A DNA stretch of 64,000 bases from an uncultured Methanolobus sp. (GTDB taxonomy: Archaea > Halobacteriota > Methanosarcinia > Methanosarcinales > Methanosarcinaceae), in assembly GCA_963675495.1 (NCBI GenBank), contig OY776215.1, positions 768,001 to 832,000 on the forward strand, given 5' to 3'. Of the stretch, positions 52,429 to 63,600 are shown piece after piece. The first letter of the stretch is position 1. Each line of letters begins with the position of its first letter. The notes under the pieces are model-generated. The model was not told the origin of the DNA and ran no database searches. It saw only the letters and a program-made list of their open reading frames with translations. The position numbers and the translations under genes are program-made.

Positions 52429-53931
52429 TTATGACCTCCTGGCATACAGTTTGCTGATATCATCACTTGTTATCATACCAACGATGTGTTTGTCCTTATT
52501 TATCACTGGCATTGCGGAAACTGAATCCTGACCCATCCTCCTTGCAACAACAGCTACCCGTTCATCAGCACTGGCCGTTATGACCTTACGTGTCATTATA
52601 TCCTCCACAAGATCGAACTTGTTCTGGGAAACAGCTTTTGAAATGTCCCAGGCAGTGACGACACCGGCAAGGGTTCCATCGGCACTGACAACAGGAAGAT
52701 GGTTAAAATCAGTATCCATTATGATCTTAGCCGCATCGTAAACACTTGCACCCTTAGTAATTGTTACCACACTGACTGCCATGATATCAGAAACAAGTGC
52801 TATACCCTCAGTCTGTTTCATCGGTTTTGCAGATATATCCTTTGGAAGCCTCTCAACAGGCATTGACACAAAGAAATCACCTTTAGAGATCCATTCCTTG
52901 AGTTCAGATGCAATTATTCTTGATTTCTTGAAACTTGACAGAGAAGATGTAGGAACATCACGTCCGTTTATCTCAACATGTCCGCTGCGCAGCTCTTCAT
53001 AAGTTACATCGCGCACTGCAGCCCTGTCCCTGCTGGGAATACCATAATCTAAGATCTTTGTAGTGACACCAGCATCAGTTACAGCTGTAGCCTGCGCGAT
53101 CTGCTCATTTAAGACAGGGATTGGAATACCCATTCCAACATAAAGGGAGGTGCCATATCCAGTGAAATTTGCAGCTCGTATGTAATCAGGACTCATGTGC
53201 TTAAGGTCCCCCTGAACCATAAGAGTTCCAAAACCGCCTCCTGAAGAATGCTGAGTTCCCTGACCAACTATATATCCCTGGGCACCTCCCAGGAATATCC
53301 TGGTTCCTGAACCAATGGTCATGTAATCAGGATCGTTGGATAGAGGTGAGAGGACTCCGGCACCGGAATAGGTGACATTTCCAAATGAAGGGAGCAATGA
53401 GCCCATATAAGTGTGTATCGTGCCCTTTGTACCATTTGTTGCAGCATTGTATTTCTGATATGCATTACGAGGATTCATCATTATGGCTTCATTCATGTCT
53501 TCAAGAGACAGAGTTGTATCAAGCACTTTTCGAGGATAACAGTCAGTTCCATGTGAGGTTGCATGAAGGTGGACAGACTTACCCCTTATCAGATCTTCTA
53601 TCACATGAGCTCCACCGTATTCCATACCCAGTGACTCAGATACCTGAGTCGCTCCAATAAAAGCATCCACAGCAGCAACACCCGTGTAAGCTTCAACATC
53701 GTTCAAAAATACTTTCTGCATCTTAATTGGAGGTTCCGAATGACCGAAGTTCAACCAGACGCCTGATGAACACATAGCACCGAAAGTACCGGTAGTTACG
53801 ACATCGACTTCTTTTGCAGCACCTTCTGCACCCAGTTCACCCACAATGTGAACCATTTCTTCGGCAGTGACCACATTGACACTTCCATCTCTTATTCTAC
53901 CGTTGATTTCATGAATTGTTTTTTTGACCAT
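52429..53931 (-). CDS. L-aspartate semialdehyde sulfurtransferase (DUF39 + CBS pair)
   Basis: DVVTTGTFGAMCSSG, TDCYPR and NPRN.YQ.Y motifs plus C-terminal CBS domains; start MVKKT at 53931. Confidence 0.92.
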   Translation of the reverse strand: MVKKTIHEINGRIRDGSVNVVTAEEMVHIVGELGAEGAAKEVDVVTTGTFGAMCSSGVWLNFGHSEPPIKMQKVFLNDVEAYTGVAAVDAFIGATQVSESLGMEYGGAHVIEDLIRGKSVHLHATSHGTDCYPRKVLDTTLSLEDMNEAIMMNPRNAYQKYNAATNGTKGTIHTYMGSLLPSFGNVTYSGAGVLSPLSNDPDYMTIGSGTRIFLGGAQGYIVGQGTQHSSGGGFGTLMVQGDLKHMSPDYIRAANFTGYGTSLYVGMGIPIPVLNEQIAQATAVTDAGVTTKILDYGIPSRDRAAVRDVTYEELRSGHVEINGRDVPTSSLSSFKKSRIIASELKEWISKGDFFVSMPVERLPKDISAKPMKQTEGIALVSDIMAVSVVTITKGASVYDAAKIIMDTDFNHLPVVSADGTLAGVVTAWDISKAVSQNKFDLVEDIMTRKVITASADERVAVVARRMGQDSVSAMPVINKDKHIVGMITSDDISKLYARRS

Positions 53932-54095
53932 TCGATATACCTCTAATACCAGAAAGTAATTTTTTGGCAACTATATATTACTTATGGTAATGTGACTTTG
54001 AAACAACATATTCAGGAATACACAGAAATAACAGAGAGGGAGTATAATTGCAGTTCTTAATAAAAGTTGTCATTCTAAATTTGTCAGTTCAATCT

Positions 54096-56483
54096 TTAAA
54101 ACTCATCATACATCTTTACAGTAAACCAAAAAGTGCTTCCTTTACCTGCCTTATTGTCAACAACATGAAGTTCTTCCCCATGACACTTCAACGCCATTTT
54201 AGCAATTGCAAGCCCAAGACCTTTTCCCTGAACAGAAGAAGACCCTGCCCTTTTGAATCTGCCAAATATCCTTAGTTTATCTTCATCTGAGATACCGGGA
54301 CCAAGATCTGACACACTTACATTCCATTTGTTACCTGCCTCAGTAATATCCACAATTACCTCACCACCCTCTGGCGAGTATTTTATGGCATTTGACATCA
54401 GATTGAAAAATACCTCTTCCAAAATTGGATTCACATAAGCAGGGCAAACCTCAGGAGAGACCAGTACAATTTTGACATCATTATCCAGAACTTTATCGTT
54501 GAGCCTTGCCCGAGAATTATTAAAAAACCATCTAAGATCCAACATCTGAGTGGGCATATCTGTTGAACAATTCATTTTTGCGAAAACGGAAGCTGATTCT
54601 ATTGTTTTTCTTAATTTTCCAGTAGCTTTACTAATATTATCAAGAAAATGCTTTTTTCCCTCATCATCTTCAATACCAGACAGATATTCAACAAATCCTT
54701 CTATTATGGAAACTGAACTTGTAAGGTCGTGACTGGTAACATCAGCAAACATGTCTTTGAGCTCATTTGAGTGTTCCAACTGATTTGAATGTTCTCTGAT
54801 TGCTTTTTCAAATGCCCGTCTTTCACTTATATCCCGCCCTATCAACACCATATATGTGCTATCTTCGTTCTCCACAAATGCAAAACTTATGTCCACAGGA
54901 AAGGATGTTCCATTTTTTCGCATAAACTCAGACTCTAGCAACAAAGACCCTTTGTCAGCTACTTTACTGGAAATATCATGCATGTTCAGCCCTTTTATGA
55001 AACAATCCGGTTCAAAGATATTCTGAGCCATTATTTCAGATTCAAAGTAACCGAGGTCTTGAAATATCCGGTCACTTACATAGATAAACTTCTTGGATAC
55101 CGCATCAAGAACCATGATGTAATCAGTAGACTGGTTCATCAGTTTCTTATAGAGTTCTAAAGAGCTGAATGACTCCCGTAATCTAATAGTATCGGCGAGT
55201 ATGGTCGAAACAGATTGCAGGAAATTAATTTCATGCTCTGAAAACTTTTTTTTCCTGTCTGTATGAACACACAATATTCCAAAAGGTTCGGTCTTGTTTC
55301 CGATTATAACACTTGCTCCACTAACAACATCTTGTTCATAGAGAAAACGTGGTATTTTAAAGCGTTTTTCACTGCTCAGATCATCAATAATAACCGGGTT
55401 GCCGGTAAATACCGTGTATCCTGCCTGTGAACCTTCATCTTTGTCTACCACAACAGAACCAATACCCCAATCACTCCACCCATATCCATACCTCAGGAGA
55501 AAACGTCCATCAGGAAGTTTTTCCATTATAGTTCCATACTTCACATCGAGTGCATTTGCTATAAGCTCCACAGTATAGTTCATCAGGTCATTTACATCAT
55601 TGCAGGAAAGAGCTTTTTCTCCAAGTTTTGAGAGAGAGCTTTGCTGAAGATTTGTATTCTTCAGTTCCTGTTCAAATCTTTTCCTTTCATCAATATCAAG
55701 AATAGCACCATGAAAATGAGTAATGTTCTGATATTTATCACGAACAGCATATGACCTTGCAAGAACCCAACGAGATTCCCCATTTGCGGTTAAAAGCATA
55801 TATTCTTTTGAGAAATAATTCCCTGTGAAGAAACAAACCATATCTTTTACAGCTTCCAGATGATCAGGATGTATAATATCTGCATACGAGAGTTTCCCGG
55901 ATTTGAAATCATCAGGGTCATATCCAAATTGAACTACATTATCCGACACATATTCTACAGACCATGCATCATCTCCTTTCCATAGAAATGATACGAACGG
56001 AAGATGTGAAGCATCCAGTTCATCGCACCCAAAAAAAGATTTGTTTGAACAAACTGTTTTAACCGTTTCATCTTTGAGAAGAAACATCATGCCATTAAAA
56101 CCACCTTCATTCTCAAATGATGGAATGCTATCACATGAAAAATATTTCAAGCAACCATCGTGGGTTACTATTTGTACAGGATCGTTTTGATTGAGGTTTT
56201 CCATCTGTTTTGCTGAAAGCATGCACTCGAACAAAGAAGAGTACTCTTTCATTATTGTTGAAGAAAGATGGTTCAGATCGTTCCCTATGATGTCTGAATC
56301 AATAACTCCTGTGAGGGCCTGAAAGACTTTGTTAAAATAAAGGACCTTGTCTTTTTTATCCAGACAAATGACCCCTATATCAAGCTTAGAAAATACATCT
56401 GTATAATCGCATTGCAACGTTTTTGGTAGAATTAAAGAATTACTATTAAGCTCTCCCTGACTGGCAGACATTTTTACCCCCAC
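54096..56483 (-). CDS. PAS-PAS-GAF-PAS sensor histidine kinase
   Basis: IHPDH PAS, GAF domain, SHDL H-box, NAIKYS, DLGPGI and GLGLAI motifs. Confidence 0.92.
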   Translation of the reverse strand: MGVKMSASQGELNSNSLILPKTLQCDYTDVFSKLDIGVICLDKKDKVLYFNKVFQALTGVIDSDIIGNDLNHLSSTIMKEYSSLFECMLSAKQMENLNQNDPVQIVTHDGCLKYFSCDSIPSFENEGGFNGMMFLLKDETVKTVCSNKSFFGCDELDASHLPFVSFLWKGDDAWSVEYVSDNVVQFGYDPDDFKSGKLSYADIIHPDHLEAVKDMVCFFTGNYFSKEYMLLTANGESRWVLARSYAVRDKYQNITHFHGAILDIDERKRFEQELKNTNLQQSSLSKLGEKALSCNDVNDLMNYTVELIANALDVKYGTIMEKLPDGRFLLRYGYGWSDWGIGSVVVDKDEGSQAGYTVFTGNPVIIDDLSSEKRFKIPRFLYEQDVVSGASVIIGNKTEPFGILCVHTDRKKKFSEHEINFLQSVSTILADTIRLRESFSSLELYKKLMNQSTDYIMVLDAVSKKFIYVSDRIFQDLGYFESEIMAQNIFEPDCFIKGLNMHDISSKVADKGSLLLESEFMRKNGTSFPVDISFAFVENEDSTYMVLIGRDISERRAFEKAIREHSNQLEHSNELKDMFADVTSHDLTSSVSIIEGFVEYLSGIEDDEGKKHFLDNISKATGKLRKTIESASVFAKMNCSTDMPTQMLDLRWFFNNSRARLNDKVLDNDVKIVLVSPEVCPAYVNPILEEVFFNLMSNAIKYSPEGGEVIVDITEAGNKWNVSVSDLGPGISDEDKLRIFGRFKRAGSSSVQGKGLGLAIAKMALKCHGEELHVVDNKAGKGSTFWFTVKMYDEF

Positions 56484-56596
56484 GGCTACATACTCTGCAA
56501 AACTAAATAATAGTTATATGTAATACATATATACATGTCGGTATAAATTAATCAGTGAATATAAATTATAGGGAAAAAAGAGTAGAAAAAGTTTAA

Positions 56597-57136
56597 TTAA
56601 TCAATTTGAACTGGGCGAGCTAATCCTAGCTCTTTCATATCCATAACAACTTCAAGGACACCATTTAGATACGTTGCCTTTGCAGTATCCGGATCCACAC
56701 TCGAAGGAAGTTCGATGCTTTCTGAATAAGACATTACTTCAGTCTGTGCATCCAGTTCAAGCAATGTTTCGGTGACATTCAGGTTAATATCTTCCTTTTC
56801 TACATCAGGAAGCTCTACCACAACATGAATTTTCTCATTGATTTCAAAAACGTCTATCAAAGGCTTTCTTTCATTTACCCTGAACTGTTGTTTTACAGAT
56901 TCCAGTCCATCATTTTCATCACCATCGGGAAAGACGTTCCCAAACTCCCTGATCTCCGGCTCTTCACCGGGATGCCTGGATACGGAAAAACCGTAGAAGA
57001 ATGGTTGCGTTTCGAAATCATCGAGGTTGATACCGAACTTATCCATCATGTGATCTATGATATCCTCTATATCACCAAAGTTACCTTCCTCAAAGATATC
57101 ATCAAAAAATCCTCGCTTTCTTCTTTTGTCAGCCAT
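56597..57136 (-). CDS. Small heat shock protein Hsp20
   Basis: PLIDVFE, ELPDVEKEDI and ATYLNGVLEV motifs. Confidence 0.93.
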   Translation of the reverse strand: MADKRRKRGFFDDIFEEGNFGDIEDIIDHMMDKFGINLDDFETQPFFYGFSVSRHPGEEPEIREFGNVFPDGDENDGLESVKQQFRVNERKPLIDVFEINEKIHVVVELPDVEKEDINLNVTETLLELDAQTEVMSYSESIELPSSVDPDTAKATYLNGVLEVVMDMKELGLARPVQID

Positions 57137-57302
57137 TGGTAATCACCGCTTTGGTAGCTAGATGGGATTGGCACTATTTATCTTTTGGCAACTATTTCAT
57201 CCTTTTGGGAAACGGAATTTAAAATAAGGGTTAGATAACAATATCAATCAATACTTATATGAAAAATAATCAATATATTATCAATAGTTGATAGTGAGTG
57301 AA

Positions 57303-57509
57303 ATGATGGAAATGCAATCATTTATTCTTAAGAATTTCATGGGAAAAGATGTTTCCGTGTATTGTGGAGGAATAATTACATTCCGGGGAAATGTAAAAGC
57401 TTGCAACGATGGAGTCCTTACACTTGAGATAACAGACCGACGCTATTCACACATTTCAATTAGCAAGATAATTACGGTCCAGCCTGACCAAAATCCCGAT
57501 GATGCCTGA
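57303..57509 (+). CDS. Small Sm-like-fold protein (MM0924 family-like)
   Basis: GKDVSVYCGG...FRG.V..CNDGVLTLE..ISISKI pattern; start uncertain. Confidence 0.65.
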   Translation: MMEMQSFILKNFMGKDVSVYCGGIITFRGNVKACNDGVLTLEITDRRYSHISISKIITVQPDQNPDDA

Positions 57510-57661
57510 AGTATTATTGAGCCACTTTTTCAAGCTACGATATTAGTTGCAAATGTACGATATTTTCATCAGATTTCAAAGATGAGCAGACCATACTTCT
57601 GTAATGTTTATAATTTGATGCAGTTCAATAACGAAAAAAACAGCTACTGAGGAATATATCA

Positions 57662-59008
57662 ATGGATATGGAATATGATGCTTTTGTAATAGGTACCGGA
57701 GTTGCAGGTTCTTCACTTGCATACAAACTCAACAATGCAGGAATGAAAGTTGCCATTGCAGACAAGGATAAGTACGGAGGGATTTGTGCATTTCATGGAT
57801 GCATTCCTAAGAAGATACTTAGTGGTGCTGCCGATATCGTGGCTTCCGGTAAGAGGATGAAAAATAAAGGTATAAAATGTGATAATTATCTTCAATGGCC
57901 GGAGTTGATCGATTTTAAGGATGAACTTGTTCACTCCTTAACAAGTCCTAAAGAAAAGGCATTCATTGATGCAGGGATAGATACCTATCACGGTAAAGTG
58001 AGTTTTCATGACAGTAACACACTGGCTATTGGAGACAAACTCATATCTTCGAAGTACATCCTTGTAACTGTCGGAGCAAGATCAAAGCCTATTGATATGC
58101 CCGGAGCAAAACTTCTCACAACCAGTGATGAGTTCCTTGACCTGAAAGAATTCCCTAAGAAGATAATCTTTGTAGGTGGTGGCTATATTTCATTTGAATT
58201 TGCACACATAGCTGCAAGAGCAGGTGCAGACGTCACGCTAGTCCATAGAGGAGAGAACATTCTCAAGACCTTTGACACTGACCTTGTGAATATGCTGATA
58301 AAAGCATCGGAAAAAGCAGGAATCAGAATCCATACAGATCAGGAGCTTATAAGGATAGAAAAGAAGAGAGGTTCTCTTGAATTAAATGTTTATGATAGTA
58401 AAAAGCAGAAAGATATCATCCATGAATGCGACATGGTGGTCCATGGACTTGGAAGGGTTCCTGCCATAGATGGCCTTGAACCTGAAAAAGGCGGAGTGGA
58501 TATCGAACATGGCGCCATTGATGTCAATGAGTATCTGCAAAGCGTATCAAATCCTTCAGTATATGCCGCAGGAGATTGTATAATCCCCGGACCTGCACTT
58601 ACCCCAACTGCAAGTCTTCAGGCACACATAGTTGCATCCAATATACTGGATGGAAACAAACATACAGCAGACTACACAGAAATAGCCTCTGCAGTATTTA
58701 CCATTCCCACACTTGCAGCAGTGGGAATAATGGAAAAGGATGCTACTGACAAACACAAAGTCTTGTTCAATGATATGAGCCAGTATTATTCTGCAAAGAA
58801 AACTAACCTTGGATTTTCTGCATCCAAGATAATTGTCGAGAAAGACACCGGAAAAATAGTAGGAGCACACGTCATTGGACCAAATGCGGAAGATACTATC
58901 AACCTTTTTACTCTGGCTATAAAAGCAGGACTTACCGCGGACCAGGTAAGGGAACCCATGTACGCCTATCCTGCAAGCAGTTACGATGTGAAGTATATGC
59001 TCAAATAA
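57662..59008 (+). CDS. Pyridine nucleotide-disulfide oxidoreductase (glutathione reductase-like)
   Basis: GTGVAG, GGICAFHGCIPKK redox disulfide, GGGYI and YAAGD motifs. Confidence 0.9.
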   Translation: MDMEYDAFVIGTGVAGSSLAYKLNNAGMKVAIADKDKYGGICAFHGCIPKKILSGAADIVASGKRMKNKGIKCDNYLQWPELIDFKDELVHSLTSPKEKAFIDAGIDTYHGKVSFHDSNTLAIGDKLISSKYILVTVGARSKPIDMPGAKLLTTSDEFLDLKEFPKKIIFVGGGYISFEFAHIAARAGADVTLVHRGENILKTFDTDLVNMLIKASEKAGIRIHTDQELIRIEKKRGSLELNVYDSKKQKDIIHECDMVVHGLGRVPAIDGLEPEKGGVDIEHGAIDVNEYLQSVSNPSVYAAGDCIIPGPALTPTASLQAHIVASNILDGNKHTADYTEIASAVFTIPTLAAVGIMEKDATDKHKVLFNDMSQYYSAKKTNLGFSASKIIVEKDTGKIVGAHVIGPNAEDTINLFTLAIKAGLTADQVREPMYAYPASSYDVKYMLK

Positions 59009-59031
59009 GAGCATACTTTTTTTCAAAAATA

Positions 59032-60330
59032 TTATTCAGTTGAAAGATCAAAGGAACGAAGACGCAGGGCTAGTACAAATACAAGATAGATTATAAGCGC
59101 AGATACTATGAATGCACCTCTTCCCATGAGTTCATAGATGAAACCGCCCCCGATCAGTCCCAGAATACTGGCGATGCTCATAAAACTGCCCGAAACTCCC
59201 TGAACAAGTCCTTGATTTTCATTTCCTGCAAGCTTTGATAACATGGACTGTATGGAAGGCCACATGAAACCGTTGCCAACTGCGAAAAATATCGCTGCAA
59301 CATACGTAAGTAATGTACTACCAAAGGCCAGAAGCACAAAATTACTCCCGAGTATCAGGCTCCCTGATATTATCAGAAAAACGTCCGAATATCTTTTGGA
59401 AACGTATGAGAGTACCGGCCCTTCGACTATCACAAGCATGATACTCAGGAAAGAAAAATAGAAACCAAGCTCTGCAATACTCCATTGAAGATCATTTGCT
59501 GCATGCACCGGGAAAGCCGTATAGAAGGCATTGAAACCAAGGAAGATAAGGAAGTATATAAGGAACATATAAGGTATGTGCTTTAATTTCATCACATCCC
59601 TGAACTTCTGCTTTTGTAGGGGTGCACTGTCAACACATCCACCTGGTTTATCAGACATTACGGATAATTCTGCCGGAATCTTGTTCTTTGAGACGCACCT
59701 ACGGGACTCTGGTACATAGAATGCTATCAGTACGACACCTGCCAGAGATATCAGAATAGCTGCAAGCACCGGAAGAGCTTCACCATATATGGTAACACTG
59801 AGAATTCCGGCAAGTGCAGGCCCGACAATAAAACCAAGATTTGTGGAAACTGACATTTTTCCGAAATTCTTGCTTCTGTCCTTATCCTCGGTAATATCAG
59901 CGATGTAGGCGTTTGAAACGGAAACATTGCCTCCGGTAAGTCCGTCAAATCCCCTTGCAATGAAGAGAAGAACAAGAGGAACTGTAATTACAAAAGAACC
60001 CAGTATTCCGGAACTTACAGGCACCAGCACGGCTACCGGTACAAAAAGAGCGATGAAGAAAATTATCCATGAGAGAAGTGTTCCTGCCTGACTTAAAAAA
60101 AGAACCTTTTTCCTGCCATATGTATCAGACCATCGTCCCAAAAGCGGAGAGCCTATTAACTGGAAAACAGGATACATTGAAGACATAATACCGTAAATCA
60201 GTGCATTGCCGCCGAACCTTTCAACAAGAAATATGAGGAAAGGCAAAACTAAACTAAGCCCCATGGTGCCGATAAAATTCACCAGAAGAAGAGGGTAGAT
60301 AGATATATCCCTTGTTCCTTTGCCAGCCAT
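59032..60330 (-). CDS. MFS transporter (TetA/DHA1-like)
   Basis: GRWSDTYGRK motif A, GFIVGPALAG, about 12 TM helices. Confidence 0.92.
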   Translation of the reverse strand: MAGKGTRDISIYPLLLVNFIGTMGLSLVLPFLIFLVERFGGNALIYGIMSSMYPVFQLIGSPLLGRWSDTYGRKKVLFLSQAGTLLSWIIFFIALFVPVAVLVPVSSGILGSFVITVPLVLLFIARGFDGLTGGNVSVSNAYIADITEDKDRSKNFGKMSVSTNLGFIVGPALAGILSVTIYGEALPVLAAILISLAGVVLIAFYVPESRRCVSKNKIPAELSVMSDKPGGCVDSAPLQKQKFRDVMKLKHIPYMFLIYFLIFLGFNAFYTAFPVHAANDLQWSIAELGFYFSFLSIMLVIVEGPVLSYVSKRYSDVFLIISGSLILGSNFVLLAFGSTLLTYVAAIFFAVGNGFMWPSIQSMLSKLAGNENQGLVQGVSGSFMSIASILGLIGGGFIYELMGRGAFIVSALIIYLVFVLALRLRSFDLSTE

Positions 60331-60682
60331 TTTCTCAATTATTTTAGGGTGCAGCTAATATATGACGCTTTTGTGACTTTTGGGATGATACAAAAATAGC
60401 CATATTGGGATCACAGCTCAGTTCTCCCTGAATATATTTCATTTTTCCTTAGCATCATCGACTTAATCCGATTGATTCACCACAAACCAGATAGTTAAGT
60501 TTCTTTTCAGACCTCAAAGACAAACTATACTGTAAATAACGCATTATTATATATAACACATATATTAATACAATTATAAATAGAGCCATATTCTTAATTT
60601 GAATTAAGTTTTATCGGGAAAACGACATGTGATGATCAGAAACGAGTCGATTATAAAATGCGAGTTTCTGTGAGAGGGAATC

Positions 60683-63600
60683 ATGATACAAAATTTATCG
60701 ATTGAGAAGAATGAAATGAATTCAAAAAAACACATATTGTTAGCTAAACATATGAAAAAACCATACCTGGAGAAAAACATTCTTTTTTATATGCAACCTC
60801 TCCGTTACATTTTCACCTTCATTGCTGGAATCATCATACTATCATCCATTACTACAGCCGGAGCTTTAGCACCAACCGCTAATTTCACGGCTGATGTGTT
60901 TTCCGGTTTAGCACCACTCACTGTAAACTTTGCCGATGAATCGTTAAACAGTCCCACAGGCTGGGCATGGTACTTCGGTGACCAGAATCCCTCAGAACCC
61001 TGGGAAGAAATAAACTCAAGTGCAGGATGGTCGAAAAGATACAGCCATAGCAGCGTAGTACTTCCTGATGGTAGCATAGTGCTCATGGGTGGTAACGACG
61101 GCAGCTACAAAAATGACGTATGGAAGTCCATAGACAATGGCACAACATGGACAGAGATTAACTCAAGTGCTGGATGGCAGGGGAGATTTGGCCATAGCAG
61201 CGTTGTACTTCCTGATAGCAGCATTGTGCTTATGGGTGGTAGTTCCTCCAGCGGGTATAAAAATGACGTATGGAGGTCCACAGACGATGGTACAACATGG
61301 AAGGAGATAAACTCAAATGCAGGGTGGTCGGGAAGATATGTCCATACCAGCGTTGTGCTTCCCGATGGTAGTATCGTACTCATGGCCGGTGGCAATGCCA
61401 GCAGCAAAAAGAATGATGTATGGAAGTCCGCAGACAATGGCACAACATGGACGGAAATGAACTCAAGTGCAGGGTGGTCAGGAAGGATTGTTCACAGCAG
61501 TGTTGCACTTTCTGACGGTACTATAGTACTCATGGGTGGTCTTGCCGGTGTTTATAAGAATGATGTGTGGAAATCAACAGATAGCGGTGCAACATGGATC
61601 CAGGTTAACTCTAGTGCAGAATGGATGGAAAGATTAGGGCATAGCAGTGTTGCTCTTCCTGATGATAGCATAGTGCTCATGGGAGGGCGTAGTGTCAACT
61701 TTAAGAATGATGTATGGAAATCAACAGAAAATGGTACAACTTGGACAGAGATAAACTCAAGTGCAGGGTGGACGGAAAGATTAGGTCACACAAGTGTTGT
61801 ACTTCATGATGGCAGTATAGTGTTGATGGGGGGTCGTAATACTACTAACTATAAGAATGATGTATGGAAACTCACAACTGCTGATTCTTCCCAACAGAAT
61901 CCACCTCATGTGTATACTGAACCTGGAATCTATAAGATAGCACTGCAGGCATACAACGATGTAGGCTGCAACAGAACCCTAGTCACCGATTATATTACCG
62001 TTGCCGATACTCCTGTTGCCAACTTCACTGCTGATATTACATCAGGTGTAGTTCCTCTGGTTGTAAACTTTACTGACCTATCCAACAATACCCCCACTTC
62101 CTGGATATGGAACTTTGGTGATGGTACTATTTCTACAGATCAGAATCCTACACACACATATTCAATTGCAGGCACCTATACAGTCAGCCTGAATGCTACA
62201 AATATAGGTAGCAGCAACATAAATACTCAGGAAAATTGCATAGTGGTTGCTGGTGTTCCTGTTGCTAATTTCACATCAAATGTTACGTCAGGTGGAGTAC
62301 CACTTTCTGTTAACTTCACCGATACATCATTGAACAGTCCAACAGGCTGGACATGGTACTTTGACGATGAAGGTTTCTCAGAACCCTGGACAGAAATAAA
62401 CTCAAGTGCGGGATGGAATGGAAGATATGGTCACAGTAGCATTGTACTTCCCGATGGAAGCATAGTACTAATGGGAGGAGGGTCTCCCAGCGGCTATGAG
62501 AATGATGTGTGGAAGTCCATAGACAATGGCACAACATGGAATATGATAAATCCAAACGCAGGATGGTCAGGAAGATACATTCATAGCAGCGTTGTGCTTC
62601 CTGATGGCAGTATTATCCTTATGGGTGGTTACAATGTTAGCGGCATGAAGAATGACGTATGGAAGTCCACAGATAATGGAACAACATGGATAGAAATTAA
62701 TTCAAGTGCTGGATGGTCAGAAAGAACAGGCCATAGCAGCGTTGTGCTTTCTGATGGAAGCATAGTACTTATGGGAGGGTACGATGGCAGCTACAAGAAT
62801 GATGTCTGGAGATCCACAAATAACGGAACAACATGGACAGAGATAAACTCAAGCGCTGGATGGCAGGGAAGATATATTCATACTAGTATTACACTTCCTG
62901 ACGGCAGCATAGTACTGATGGGTGGGGGTTCCTCTGGTGTCCATAATAATGATGTATGGAGGTCTACGGACAAAGGTTACACATGGACAGAGATAAACTC
63001 AAGTGCAGGATGGTCCAAAAGATTTGGTCACAGCAGCGTTTCACTTCCCGATGGAAGTATAATGATTATGGGCGGTCTTGACAACAGTAACACCAGAAAG
63101 AATGACGTATGGAAGTCTACGGATAAAGGTTACACATGGACAGAGGTAAACTCAAGTGCAGGATGGTCAGGAAGAATATGCCGAAACAGCGTTGTACTAC
63201 CTGACGGTAGCGTAGTGTTTATGGGAGGCCATGATGGTAGCAACTTCAAGAATGACGTATGGCACTTTGGAACTGCTGGATCTTCTGAAGAGAATCCATA
63301 TCACACATATACTGCTTCAGGGACATATCAGGTAACATTACAGGCATACAATGCATTTGGATACAACAGCACCCTAGTTACTGATTACATCACGGTTGCT
63401 GTTGCTCCCATTACCAACTTCACGGCTAACACCACATCAGGCACAGCTCCACTTACTGTAAACTTCACCGACCTCTCCACCAATGCTCCTACTTCATGGG
63501 AATGGGATTTCGGTGACGGAACTACATCTATTGACCAGAATTCCATACACACATATGCAACTGCAGGCACCTATAACGTCATTTTAAATGCAACAAATGC

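Noticed and set aside
60340-60680. Possible small ORF MKYIQGELSCD on the minus strand upstream of the MFS gene
   Set aside because: About 32 codons with no recognisable motif; likely promoter DNA.
61001-63263. Repeat arrays as a CRISPR array or DGR template/variable repeats
   Set aside because: Units are in-frame ~49-51 aa protein repeats without spacers. No cas or reverse transcriptase gene is in the window, and differences are not confined to adenines.
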